The position numbers were made by a program, and so were the translations under genes. Shown here in pieces: positions 25,180-37,213 of a DNA stretch of 64,000 bases. The notes beneath the pieces are model-generated. The model did no database searches. It was not told the DNA's origin and saw only the letters and a program-made list of their open reading frames with translations. Every line of letters starts with the position of its first letter. The stretch's first letter is position 1. Origin of the DNA: Eledone cirrhosa (taxonomy: Eukaryota); NCBI GenBank assembly GCA_964016885.1, contig OZ024744.1:52266001-52330000 (forward strand), read 5' to 3'.

Positions 25180-28089
25180 GGATAACAAGTTATCGTTATA
25201 GGTAATCCAGTTAGAGGTGAGTACTCTGCGTCGTGGATAGTTTTAACGTACGGCGTTGTTTGACTCAACAAGATGTTTCCATGGTTAGACAGCGAGTTCG
25301 CGGTAATTCCTATGTAGGTTATACTTGGAGTAATAATAGTGAAAGATTGAAGAGTAACATGGTTGGCTGTACAACAAGGGGATTTATTTCAAGTATTAAC
25401 AATTGTTTCTTTGATCAGGTGAGTTTAGAGGCCGCTAATCGCTCGAAGTTGCGTCACTCGATCTCTAATACAAATCCTCAGAATACATGGCATGGTATAT
25501 ATAGAGAAATAGCGTAGAATCAAAACAATAACAGCAATAATAAAATAAAATTATTAGGTAAAGAAGTTACTGATGTAAAAAGTAAGAAAATAAAACAATA
25601 AAAAAACTATAAAGAAATAAAAATAAGTAAAAGCATATAAATACAGAATACATTAGTTGATAATAGTGGTGGTGGTGGTGGTGGTGGGTAAGTGTCTGTA
25701 TAAGGATGTGGCGGTGAATGTAGTGCTAGAATGAAAAGCAATATTCGAAACATACATAGATACGTGTAGATAATCTGAGGGAGTAACAAATGACAAATAA
25801 AAGAAAAAGCAATAAATTAGAAATTAAGTGGGAGATACTAGTATGAGACCTAAGGGCTAAGGATGGATGAGGAAGGGGGATTGCGATATCTGTGTGTGGT
25901 GGATATTTTTCTTGCTGATTGTCCTATCTTAATGGGGTTGATGTGGTTTCAGGGAGAGAGGGTGAAAGAAATGTTAGGAGATTTATGATCTAGTGACCAG
26001 TCAGTTCGTTGACAGCTAATAGCGGTGTGATGGTATTCATTCTGTACGTTAAAATCCAGGAGGTTCAGTTTTAATTTTGGGATTGCTGCGTCGAATCACG
26101 GTGGTTTGAAATTTGCGAACCTGGTAGCTGTTTTGTGCCTACAGAAAATTGATATTTCTATTTTGCTGTTAAGCAGCATCTTATCGTACCTTAAAATATG
26201 GAATAGCTCCATATTGCAAAGTCTGCAGTGGGAATCCATTGTTGTAGTCCCTTGCTCACGATAATTTTTACCAGCTAATCCTATATTCCTGGGTTGTGTT
26301 TTTATGCTTCCAGATTTTATTGGCGAGCGTTGTGGGGCTCTCCACTCTACGGTTTTCATGGAGTGTCTGTGAACGTACCATCATTTTTGAACTCCCCAAC
26401 CGTGGAACCTATGTAGTGCCATGTAAAGTTGCCTGAATTTATAATACTCAGGTACACCATACTTGAATCCAGGCAGCTATTTTGTAGTGGGCACTTATCC
26501 GGTAGGTTGCAGTTACAGTTGGAGGCTTTTCTGTGTGCAGGTTCTCTTTTGCGGTTTTGTATGTTGTTATGGGTGGGATGAGATTTAGGCCTATTAATGT
26601 TTTGTTATGATGCGCCCTGATGTGTGTGTGGTTGTGATGTTGTTATGTGTTTCTATTTTGTATTTTGTGCTATGGTGTATGTTGGTAGGTTATTTTCTTT
26701 AGAGATTCTTTTGTGGTTGATTTTATGTATGTGTGATTCTATGTTGGCTGCAGTAGAGTTTCAGAGTTTGATAGTTTTTCTGTTAAAGATTCTATGGTAT
26801 TTGCCTAGTTTAGGGAAGTGTTTGTCAATTAGCTTAAAGAATGTAGAAGGTAGTTTTGTTTTTATAGAGGAGTTGAATATTGGATTAAACCATAAGTATT
26901 TCCTATCTCTGGATTTTCTATAGTTCCTAGGGGTTCTTATATTAGTATTCCGTTCAGTTATTTATGGCGCTCGTTGTCTAATTATATGTTTAGTCCTATA
27001 TTTGTTATTTCTATAGGTATGGGTAGAGTAGCTGCTGTCTCTATCTGGTATGTATTTGAGCCCCTCTTTATGTCCTGCCTTATGTAAAGCTATGTTATAA
27101 TAGTTTGCGTGTTCGTTAAAAATCTCTAGGTTAGAAGATATACGGGATATTCTGAGGGATATACTATGTGCTCTGGAGTCAATGATGGATCGAGGGTGGT
27201 TTGAGTTATAACTAATGTAGGCTAGATTATCGTTATTTTTATGGAAGGGCTCTATTAATCCTGTGTTTAGGTTGAGTGTTACATCCAAGAAGTTTGCTAT
27301 TTTAGAGTTAAGTTCAAAAGTGATACCTAGGCCTAGTTTGTTGAAGAAGATGGATATTTTTCCGTAATTTTTCCATGTTTTGATTATTTAAGTTCTTAGC
27401 TAAAAGGAGTGCGTCGTCTCTATAAATTCCTCCTTGGAGGTTATTAAATTCCTTATGTAAGTTGTGCGCTATATATATTCCCACTAAGTTCGTTACCTGC
27501 GCTGAATCGCTAGATCCCATTGTGATATCGAAGCTATTCTGTCTGGTTCCCAGTAACTATTTTCGAATCTAATGATAGTTATGCTAGCATCTAGTATTAT
27601 TTTAATTTCATCAGAGGTTAGGTCCGAATTTTTCTGGGCAAAGGCTAGCGCTTTATCTAGAGTGACTGGGGAGATGGAAGAGTAGTAGTCATTAATGTCA
27701 AACTGTAGGAAGCTGGATGTTTCCCTTCTGTTTATTTTGCTGAACCAGTCTATTGCTTCGTTAGTGTTACCCCATAGCTTAATTACAATTTTGTCCTTGA
27801 TTTGTGCTATTACGGTCTATATTATATACTTGCTAATTCTACCTATATCCGACTTCGATGGGCATATTAATCTAATTGTGGGGTCTGTTTCGAAATTATT
27901 TTTGTGTTTGTGATCCTTTAGGTTAAATGTGGGATTACAGGGGGTATCAGAGGTAAACACTGTATTGGAGTCGATTGACGCAACTATTAGCGATTAGAGG
28001 CCTCTAGACTCACTTGATCAATGAAACAATTGTTAATACTTGAAATAAAGCCCCTGGTTGCACAGCCTACCATGTTACTCTTCAATCTT

Positions 28090-28093
<4 letters not shown>
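25180..28093 (-). mobile_element. Penelope-like element, 5'-truncated, with an inverted pLTR piece at its 5' side
   Basis: Minus-strand FDITMGSSDSAQ, GGIYRDD, FLDVTLNL, CNCNLPDKCPL, CRLCNME, IFCRH; 27960-28093 is a diverged inverted copy of about 25338-25470. Confidence 0.88.
25393..25486 (-). ncRNA. Hammerhead ribozyme with expanded stem II
   Basis: Minus strand GTATT-CTGAGGA-TTTG...(internal TAGAG/CTCTA helix)...CAAA-GAAAC AATT GTT-AATAC. Confidence 0.78.
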
Positions 28094-28177
<84 letters not shown>

Positions 28178-28182
<5 letters not shown>

Positions 28183-30157
28183 TTCAAGAGTAACCAATCT
28201 TAAAGAGAGAGATGGAGATAGGAGATGAGATATGAAGGGAGAGAATGGTGAATTAGTTAGAAGTCAAAGCGTAAAGGCATGTGCTCAATGTGCAATATGC
28301 AGTAGAAAGCAGCTAAGTGGCTGGGTTCATGCAGAAGTTAGGGGCGCAGAGCTGGAAATATTCATTAGTTAAGCAAAACAAAACCACAAATTTCACAAGG
28401 AAAACATTATTAAAAGATTGTCAACATATTTTAGTTTGATGTAAGGAATGTAGAGAATAATAATAATATTAATAATAATAATATCCGTTTACAATTGTTT
28501 CGCTACTCCATATGATATTTCTGGATCAGATGACTATATATCATAATTGATCTGGTTCAGGTGAAAATAATTAACATATTTAAAAAACAGAGCGGCTCAT
28601 CGGAACATCAAAGGAATATAAATTAAAATAATGAGAGAATGTTACATAATATAATGTTCCATATATTGGTTTCTCATAATGGTGTCATAGTTGCATCAGT
28701 TATCAGCCATAATCAAGCAGTATTCATCTGTCAAGGCTGCATTATGTGAGATCTGCCTATGGGTAACAAGATGACTGCAAAAAGGACATATTTACCTTAC
28801 TAATTAGAGGGTGGTTTCAGGGGGAAGTAACTCCTCGAGAGATAAGAAATTGTGGGTAGTTTATAGTTAAGTGCTAATTTTTAAATTTTGTAATTGAGAG
28901 ACAATATAGGGGAGGTAACTTATAATTATCTAAGTTAGTCATAGCTATTTAACTTATTAGCTACAAGTAAAAACGGGGCTAGATGACTAAGTTGGGTCAG
29001 ATATTCTATTGGCGAAGGAATTAGCCCTTCGTAGTTGACAGCTAATAGTTACCTCCGTTCTATCGTTAATTGGTAGAGGTCGTGATAGAGTTATGTAATA
29101 TGCTTCTGTAATACAGAGATCACAAGATTTTCTTCGTCCATTGAACGGGGGGCCCTATCCACGATATTCCATTTTAGTGTGTGTTGAACGTTGCTTAATT
29201 TAAGGTTTTTAATGAGCCTAGCTAGCAATGTCGAACATCTGTTGCTAGAGTCTCGGAAGGAAAAAGAGTGCGCGTTATAGCGTACCTTAAAAGGGTTAGA
29301 TGTAGACCCGATATAAGAGCTGGTATTCGAAGCAGTTTTAACCGTGCACCTATAGACTATGTTGGGTGTCAGGCAGTGTCCATTTAATGGGCATGCATTA
29401 GGGTAACGGCAGTTGCAGTTGCTTCTGCGGTTAGTGAGAGTAGGGTAGTTTAACCTAAGCGGTAGGTCAGTGCTAGAAGGATTAGATGGGGGAGGTGTGC
29501 TACTAGAGTAATTATTGGTGTAGTGGCGTGGTGTATATGATAGGGGTAGTGGTCACGCGGTGTGGGAGTTATACTGTATTAGTTTATGATTGTTACTGAA
29601 TGCGATGTGGCTAGCTAGGTTAGGTGTTGTGGAGAATGAGATTTTAATGTTATTTTTATTACAGAGTTTGTAATATCTATGGTTGGGGGGGGGGGATGTT
29701 TAAATAGGATAGAGAAGAAGCGTTTAGGGATATTAGTGGCTAGATTAGATGAGAATGGGGGGTTAAGCCAGGTGATATTTCTAGGTCTATTCCTTCTAGG
29801 GGTTCTAGTGGAGTTAGTAGGGCCCTTCCTAGGGTTATTATTACCTGGGAATTTTTTATTTGTCATCCCATTTCTCATTCCTATTCTCGGTTGATCTTTA
29901 ATTTGCTACTTGGAGCCGGGAGCAGTCCGCTGAAACCATTAAACTTCCCTGTATAGGTGCTGTTACTGCTTAAATTCCGGCGAATCTGGCTATATGCTAA
30001 GGTATTTCTAGTTCTAGTGTTAAGTTTATTATAGTTAATTGCTGTGTTATGGCATTTAGGTATGTAATAAATTGATTGTTCATAACCAGATTCAGAAAGA
30101 GCCTTATTATAATATTGTGCATGGTTTATAAATATCTCCTCATTTGCTGATAGCAAT
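28178..30157 (-). repeat. Inverted 2-kb copy of the 3' half and pLTR of the adjacent Penelope-like element
   Basis: Reverse complement of 32272-34097, extending to the pLTR end seen at about 30905; the ORF track shows the same peptide MLSANEEIFINHAQYY on both strands. Confidence 0.92.
28487..28606 (-). ncRNA. Hammerhead ribozyme (U4C, ~95-nt stem II), inverted pLTR copy
   Basis: Minus strand GTT-CCGATGA-GCCGCTC...GAGTAGC-GAAAC AATT GTA-AAC. Confidence 0.72.
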
Positions 30158-30475
30158 GAAAAATTTAAAAATTTAAAAATAAAAAAAAATGAAAGAAATT
30201 TTTAAATTAGCACTTAACTATAAACTACGCACAATTTCTAATCTCTCGAGGAGTTACTTCCCCTGAAATCACCCTCTAATTAGTAAGGTAAATATGTCCT
30301 TTGGCAGCCATCTTGTTACCCATAGGCAGATCTCACACAATGCAGCCTCGACAGATGAATACTGCTTGATTATGGCTGACCACTGCTGTAACCAAGACAT
30401 CATAGTGAAAAACCAATATATGGAACATTATATTATGTAACATTCTCTCATTATTCTAATTTATATTCCTTCGAA

Positions 30476-30595
30476 GTTCCGATGAGCCGCTCTGTTTTTT
30501 AAATATGTTAATTATTTTCAACTGAACCAGATCAATTATGATATATAGTCATCTGATCCAGACATATCACATGGAGTAGTGAAACAATTGTAAAC
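30476..30595 (+). ncRNA. Hammerhead ribozyme (U4C, ~95-nt stem II), 5' pLTR
   Basis: GTT-CCGATGA-GCCGCTC...GAGTAGT-GAAAC AATT GTA-AAC. Confidence 0.72.
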
Positions 30596-33500
30596 GGACA
30601 TTATTATTATTAATATTATTATTATTATTTTCTACATTCCTTACATCAAACTAAAATATGTTGACAATCTTTTAATAATGTTTTCTTGTGAAATATGTGG
30701 TTTTGTTTTGCTTAACTAATGAATATTTCCAGCTCTGCGCACCTAACATCTTCCTGAACCCAGCCACCTAGCTGCTTTCTACTGCATATAGCACATTGAG
30801 CCCATGCCTTTACGCTTTGGCTTCTAACTAATTCACCAATCTCTCCTTTCATATCTCCTCTCCTATCTCCATCTCTCTCTTTTAGATTGGTTACTCTTGA
30901 ACTGTGTATACTTGAGCTCCTGTAGTTGAGCTATTTACTGTTAGAAGTCACCATGTTGAGTAAGCAGTAACTCAGAATCTCACTTAAGTCCATACCTATT
31001 CCCGACAGCAAGACATACCTCAAACTCCTAATACAGAGTGTCAACTCTTTCATCCGAAGTATAAGATGGAAAGCGTTCAACTTTGACTGTGCGGTTGCTG
31101 CTGACGCCGGAAGTACAGCAAATAGATATGGATTTACCACCTGCAAGAACCCCCACACAACATCCTGCTGGACCCTTTTGAGAAAGATCTATTCAACTTC
31201 GTCAGGAGCATTAAATTCCAAAAGCATTATAGACACAAGAATAATTTCCTCACTAAATTAGCAACAACTATAAAAAAATTTAAAGATAGCCACCACTTAC
31301 ATGTTATGTCTGACAAAACTAAAAATCTATACACCATGACTCCTGAAACTTACAACACTTTCCTTCTTAAAGGACTCAATAAAATCTATAAAAAAAACTA
31401 TACCCTCCAGTGTAAACGTACTTAACCGAAAAGCCCAGGCTTTGGTTAAGGACTTGCATCTGGATAGATTTACCCACCCTTATGTACCAACAACCCCAAG
31501 GTTCTCTCTCAAGTATCATAAGCCAAATTTTATATTAGACTTATAAGCCCAACCACATCCAACCTGGGCCGTATCAGTAAGAACATCCTTGATAGGATAA
31601 TCCCTGGGCTACGGGATGATATCACCTACAAGTTGTGGTCCAATACCGGCCAAGTCATTAGATGGTTCTCTGATCTAAGGTCCAAGCAATCTATGAGGTT
31701 CATCCAATTTGACATCGACAGCTATTACGCGTCAATAACCCCGGAACTGCTCAACAAAGCATTAACCCTAGCCAGCACCAACTCGGACATAACCAATAAT
31801 GAGATTAACATCATACTTATGGCTAGGCAGACTATCATTGAATTCAACGGAGCACTCTGGTCTAGAAAAGATAGAACAGACAACTTTGACATCACGATGG
31901 GCTCAAGTGACTCTGCGCAAATCACCGATTTAGTTGGAATTTACCTATTACATAACATCAGAGCCGAAATCCAACCCTTGCAAGGCGGAATATTCAGGGA
32001 CGACGCCCTATTTGCAGTCCACAATTGCGATAATCGGGGCATTGATTTGCTAAAAAACCAATTACATAGATTCTTAAAAAATAACGGTCTCTCTATCACC
32101 GTTGAGCCGAACCATAAAGTAGTAAACTTCCAGACGTCACCCTGGATCTCAACAATAACCTATATTACCCTTACCATAAACTAGGTGAAATACTCACATA
32201 TATTAGCCCACACTCTAACCGCCCACCGGCAGTCACCAGAGCAGTAATCAAATCTATCTCGTATAGGATCTCAATGCTATCAGCAAATGAGGAGATATTT
32301 ATAAACCATGCACAATATTATAATAAGGCTCTTTCTGAATCTGGTTATGAACAATCAATTTATTACATACCTAAATGCCATGACACAGCAATTAACTATA
32401 ATAAACTTAACACTAGAACTAGAAATACCTTAGCATATAGCCAGATTCGCCGGAATTTTAGCAGTAACAGCACCTATACAGGGAAGTTTAATGGTGGCAG
32501 CGGCCTGCTCCCCACTCCAAGTAGCAAACTAAAAATCAACCCCAGAATAGGAATGAGAAATGGGATGATAAATAACAAATCCCCAGGTAATAATAACCCT
32601 AGGAAGGCCCCTACCAACTCTACTAGAACCCCTAGAAGGAATAGACCTAGAAATATCACCTGGCTTAACCCCCCATTCTCATATCATCTATCCACGAATA
32701 TCCCTAATCGCTTCTTCTCTATCCTATCTAAACATTTCCCCCCCAACCATAGATATTACAAACTCTTTAATAAAAATAACATTAAAATCTCATTCTCCAC
32801 AACACCTAACCTAGCTAGACACATCGCATTCAGTAACCATCATAAACTAAGACAGTATAACTCCCACACCGCGGTACCACTACCCCTATCATATACACCA
32901 CGCCACTACACCAATAATTACTCTAGTAGCACACGTCCCCCATCTAAACCTTCTAGCACTGACCTACCGCTTAGGTTAAACTACCCTACTCTCACTAACC
33001 GCAGAAGCAACTGCAACTGCCGTTACCCTAATGCATGCCCATTAAATGGACACTGCCTGACACCCAACATAGTCTATAGGTGCACGGTTAAAACTGCTTC
33101 GAATACCAGCTCTTATATCGGGTCTACATCTAACCCTTTTAAGGTACGCTATAACGCACACTCTTTTTCCTTCCGAGACCCTAGCAACAGATGTTCGACA
33201 TCGCTAGCTAGGATCATTAAAAACCTTAAATTAAGCAACGTTCAACACTCACTAAAATGGGATATCGTGGCTAGGGCCCAACCGTTCAATGAACGAAGAA
33301 AATCTTGTGATCTGTATTACAGAAGCATATTACATAACTCTATCACGACCTCTACCGATTAACGATAGAACGGAGGTAACTATTAGCTGTCAACATCGAA
33401 GGGCTAATTCCTTCGCCAATAGAATATTTGACCCAACTTAGTCATCTAGCTCCATTTTTACTTGTAGCTAATAAGTTAAATAGCTATGACTAACTTAGAT

Positions 33501-33818
33501 AATTATAAGTTACCTCCCCTACATTGTCTCTCAATTAAAAAATTTAAAAATTAGCACTTAACTATAAACTAACCACAATTTCTAATCTCTCAAGGAGTTA
33601 CTTCCCCTGAAACCACCCTCTAATTAGTAAGGTAAATATTCCTTTGGCAGACATCTTGTTACCCATAGGCAGATCTCACACAATGCAGCCTCGACAGATG
33701 AATACTGCTTGATTATGGCTGACAACTGCTGCAACCAAGACATCATAGTGAAAAACCAATATATGGAACATTATATTATGTAACATTGTCTCATTATTTT
33801 AATTTATATTCCTTCGAA

Positions 33819-33938
33819 GTTCCGATGAGCCGCTCTGTTTTTTAAATATGTTAATTATTTTCAACTGAACCAGATCAATTATGATATATAGTCATCCGAT
33901 CCAGAAATATTATATGGAGTAGCGAAACAATTGTAAAC
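33819..33938 (+). ncRNA. Hammerhead ribozyme (U4C, ~95-nt stem II), 3' pLTR
   Basis: GTT-CCGATGA-GCCGCTC...GAGTAGC-GAAAC AATT GTA-AAC. Confidence 0.74.
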
Positions 33939-34476
33939 GGACATTATTATTATTAATTTTATTATTATTATTCTCTACATTCCTTACATCAAACTAAAAT
34001 ATGTTGACAATCTTTTAATAATGTCTTCCTTGTGAAATGTGTGGTCTTATTTTGCTTAACTAATGAATATTTCCAGCTCTGCGCACCTAACTTCTGCATG
34101 AGTATATATATATATATATATGTTATAGAGGCGAGCAGTACACAGATATATACAAGTCATAGTCCATATACCGAAGAAGGACGTATGGTAGATGCGGTAA
34201 TTTGGGGAAAACATTAAATAAACGCCTGCGTGCACCAAGTTAGCTTAGGTTTCAATAAAATAGATTGGTAGCAATACGTGCAAGGACTGTTTTTGTTACA
34301 GGGTACTCGCCGACAGAGGGCGCTGAGCTTGAGAATCTCTGATTTAAACGCTAATTCAATGTATAAACACTTTGATTGTTCGAACAATTGGTACACTCTT
34401 CGTCGAAACCGACAGAGACCCGTAAATACACACACAGCTGTATGTATGTAAGTATGTATGTATGTATTATGTTTTT

Positions 34477-36912
34477 ATTGCAGGGGACTTCAATCACCCA
34501 GAGATTGACTGGGAAACCTTTCGTTGGCCGCAAAGTGCAAATGATTTCCTTGAGCTAGTGCTGGACTTGAACTGGTCCCAAGTAGTCATCTCCCCAACAA
34601 GAAGTGACACCATTTGGGATCTACTCTTCAACATTACTCCTGAAATGGTTATTAGTGTTACTACTGAGGAACCTTTAGGTGGCTCTGATCATGCTTTGAT
34701 CATTGCCAATCTGTCCCTCATGGGCAGTAACAAAAACCACAACCAACTCCAAACTGCTCAATTTGACAGGAATAAAGCAGCTGCAACGTCCAAACTGGCT
34801 TGAGTTTTACGACTCTGGAGATGTCAACACTGTACTCCAGAACATCCTGAACTCAATATGGACAGCTTGTGCAGCATCCATCAGTGTCACGTAAGCAGAA
34901 AAAACATCCCAAAACTGCAATTTGGGAGACTGCAGCAGTCCGTCTTCACAGGAAAGAACATCGTAATTCTGAACGTGTGTACAAACTGCATAAACCAGAT
35001 ATCAGTAGGAAAAAGCGAAATAAATCATCCAACTATCTCAAGCAGGTGACAAAAAAGGTAGTGCTCGAATTTGAGCAGTGCATAGCAACCAACCCTGACA
35101 GTAAGGTGTTCTGGAAGTATGTTCACTCAAAACAGAGGCCTCACTCTCCAGTTGGTCCTCTTCGCAATCCCCACACAAGCCAGGTTACTGACGATCCCAG
35201 GGAATGCGCAGAACTCATTGCTGAATGCTATACAGGAATTTTCACTGTTGAAGACCAGAGTGTACCATCTCCACCACCCCTGACATCGGACTCTATTACA
35301 ACTATGGAATTTACACCTGCATTGCTGTAACGTCACCTAAAAAATAAATGCAACCATGCCTCTCCTGGTCTTGATGGTGTTACGTACCTGCTTCACAAAC
35401 GTGGTGGGTACTTCCTTCCGCACCAGCTATCACGCTTCTACCATTTCTGTCTGAACAACGGTGCTACACCAGAGCAGTGGAAAACTGTCAGTGTTATTCC
35501 TCTGTTCAAAAAGGGTGACCGCACATCACATGTCAACTATCATCCAGTCAGTCTTACTAACTGCATTGCCAAACTGATGGAAACCTGTGTCAGAGAAACA
35601 CTTTGGAACTCTCACAATTTGGATGTATCCCTAACTCCAGCTACTGTGATCAACTTATCAAGTTTCTTGAAGACATCACTCGGATCACTGATGTCAGTTC
35701 ATAGGTGGATGTTTTTTACCTTGACTTTGCTAAAGCTTTCAATTCTGTGCCACACAAAAGATTTATGGCAAAACTCACTGCAATGGTTGTGAATGATGAT
35801 CTCTTTAACTGCTTAAAGTCCTTCATTCTCAGTCGAAGAGAAGTAGTCACGGTTCTAGGACAGCATTCCTCACCATATGATATGTCATCTAGTGTACCAC
35901 AGGGATCTGTTCTTGGCCCCTTTTTGTTTGTGGCATATATTAATGACATAGATGACAACATAAAGAATGCCACAGTCTGTACCTTGAGATAAAAAGGACA
36001 GATCCTGAACACTATAGATCTTTCCTATAATCAGACCTGGACACAATGTAACAATGGATCACAGACTGGCAACTGAAGCTGGCTGTGGACAAGTGTACCA
36101 CCATGCATTTTGGGAGTAAAACCCCAGCGTCCACATACTCCCTCCACAACATCAATATCAACAAGTCTTCTCGTGAACGTGACCTGGGCATTACTGTCAG
36201 CAGCGATTTGCGTTGGATGAGGCACGTCTCTAAAATTGTCAAGAGGTCGAGGGTGTCTTAGCATCACTCAGCAAGACCTTTGTCAGCCACTCTCCAGCTA
36301 TCTATTTAAAGCTGCATATAGATATGGTGCGGCCACACTTAGAATTTGCATCACCAGTCTGGAACACCCCTATCTTGCTCAAAACATTGACCGCCTGGAA
36401 ACTGTTCAGAGACGTGCAACCAAGCGCATCCCCTCCATTCAGAACGTCTTGCTTCCCTGGGCATGGATACATTGAAGCTCCGACGTCTGGCAACTGACTT
36501 GGTAAACACCCACAAAATTATTAACCATCTTGCCAACAACAACCCTGAGTACCTTTTGGTTTCCATTTGTCTAACACACGTGGGCAGGCCTACAAAGTCA
36601 GAAAACAGCACAGCTTCCATGAATTTCGGAAACATTTTTTTACGCTCAGAGTTGCTGAAGCATGGAACAAACTACCTGCGTCAGTTATTAGCTATCGAGG
36701 CACTGCATCCTTTAAAACCTCCATACTCCCTGAGATTCGCCAACACTACACCTGACGTCCCCCCCTCCATATAGATGCATACATGTATTTCATGACTCGT
36801 ACTCTGTTCATTTTCCTGACATTTGTACATTATTCTATGTACTATACAAGAAACTTTAATGAGTTTTAGTGCACCTGAGCACTGTACACATTAATTTCAT
36901 TATTATTATTAT
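34477..36912 (+). mobile_element. Degenerate CR1-like LINE ORF2 with (TAT)n tail
   Basis: AGDFNHPEIDW, DLLF, PLGGSDH, KVFWKYV, DVFYLDFAKAFNSVPH, VPQGSVLGPFLF, ERDLG, LETVQRRATK, TRGQAYK..FFTLRVAEAWNKLP; ends CATTATTATTATT. Confidence 0.9.
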
Positions 36913-37175
36913 TCTAGGAGAAGGCAACTCGGGAAACTGGGATAATTCCGATATAAAACCTGCGGCTCAGTAGTTACCGATGATGTTGATCTTTTCTTCT
37001 TTTCGGGTTATAGTTAGTGTCGCTCAGAGAGTGGGATTGGCTCAGTGCACAGTCTTTCCTCACTTTAAAAAATATCTTCACGCACAAGTATTGCACGATA
37101 GAATTAATTAATAATTATTAATAATGGTATATCGTGCAATGGCGATACTCGATAACGAAGGGGTAGCCATCATCA
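36913..37175 (+). mobile_element. 5'-truncated non-autonomous RTE-related element
   Basis: Near-identical to 46578-46836; ends GCCATCATC followed by (ATGT)n. Confidence 0.75.
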
Positions 37176-37213
37176 TGTATATATGTATGTATGTATATAT
37201 TTATGTATGTATA

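Larger units (their letters stand above)
30196..34097 (+). mobile_element. Near full-length Penelope-like element: pLTR - RT/GIY-YIG ORF (frameshifted) - pLTR
   Basis: Direct repeats at about 30196-30907 and 33540-34097; ORF from about 30953 (SLKSIPIP), SDKT, FIQFDIDSYYASI, ITMGS, GGIFRDD, ITWLNPP, CNCRYPNACPLNGHC, IVYRC..YIGST, SCDL. Confidence 0.93.

Noticed and set aside
20621-33362. Selenocysteine recoding as described for Naiad-type PLEs
   Set aside because: The conserved Cys positions around the GIY-YIG domains are TGY codons, the TGA codons I saw are not at Cys positions, and no convincing SECIS was visible.
34165-34420. CCGAAGA...GTCGAAACCG as a very long stem II hammerhead
   Set aside because: No UH cleavage site and no stem I.
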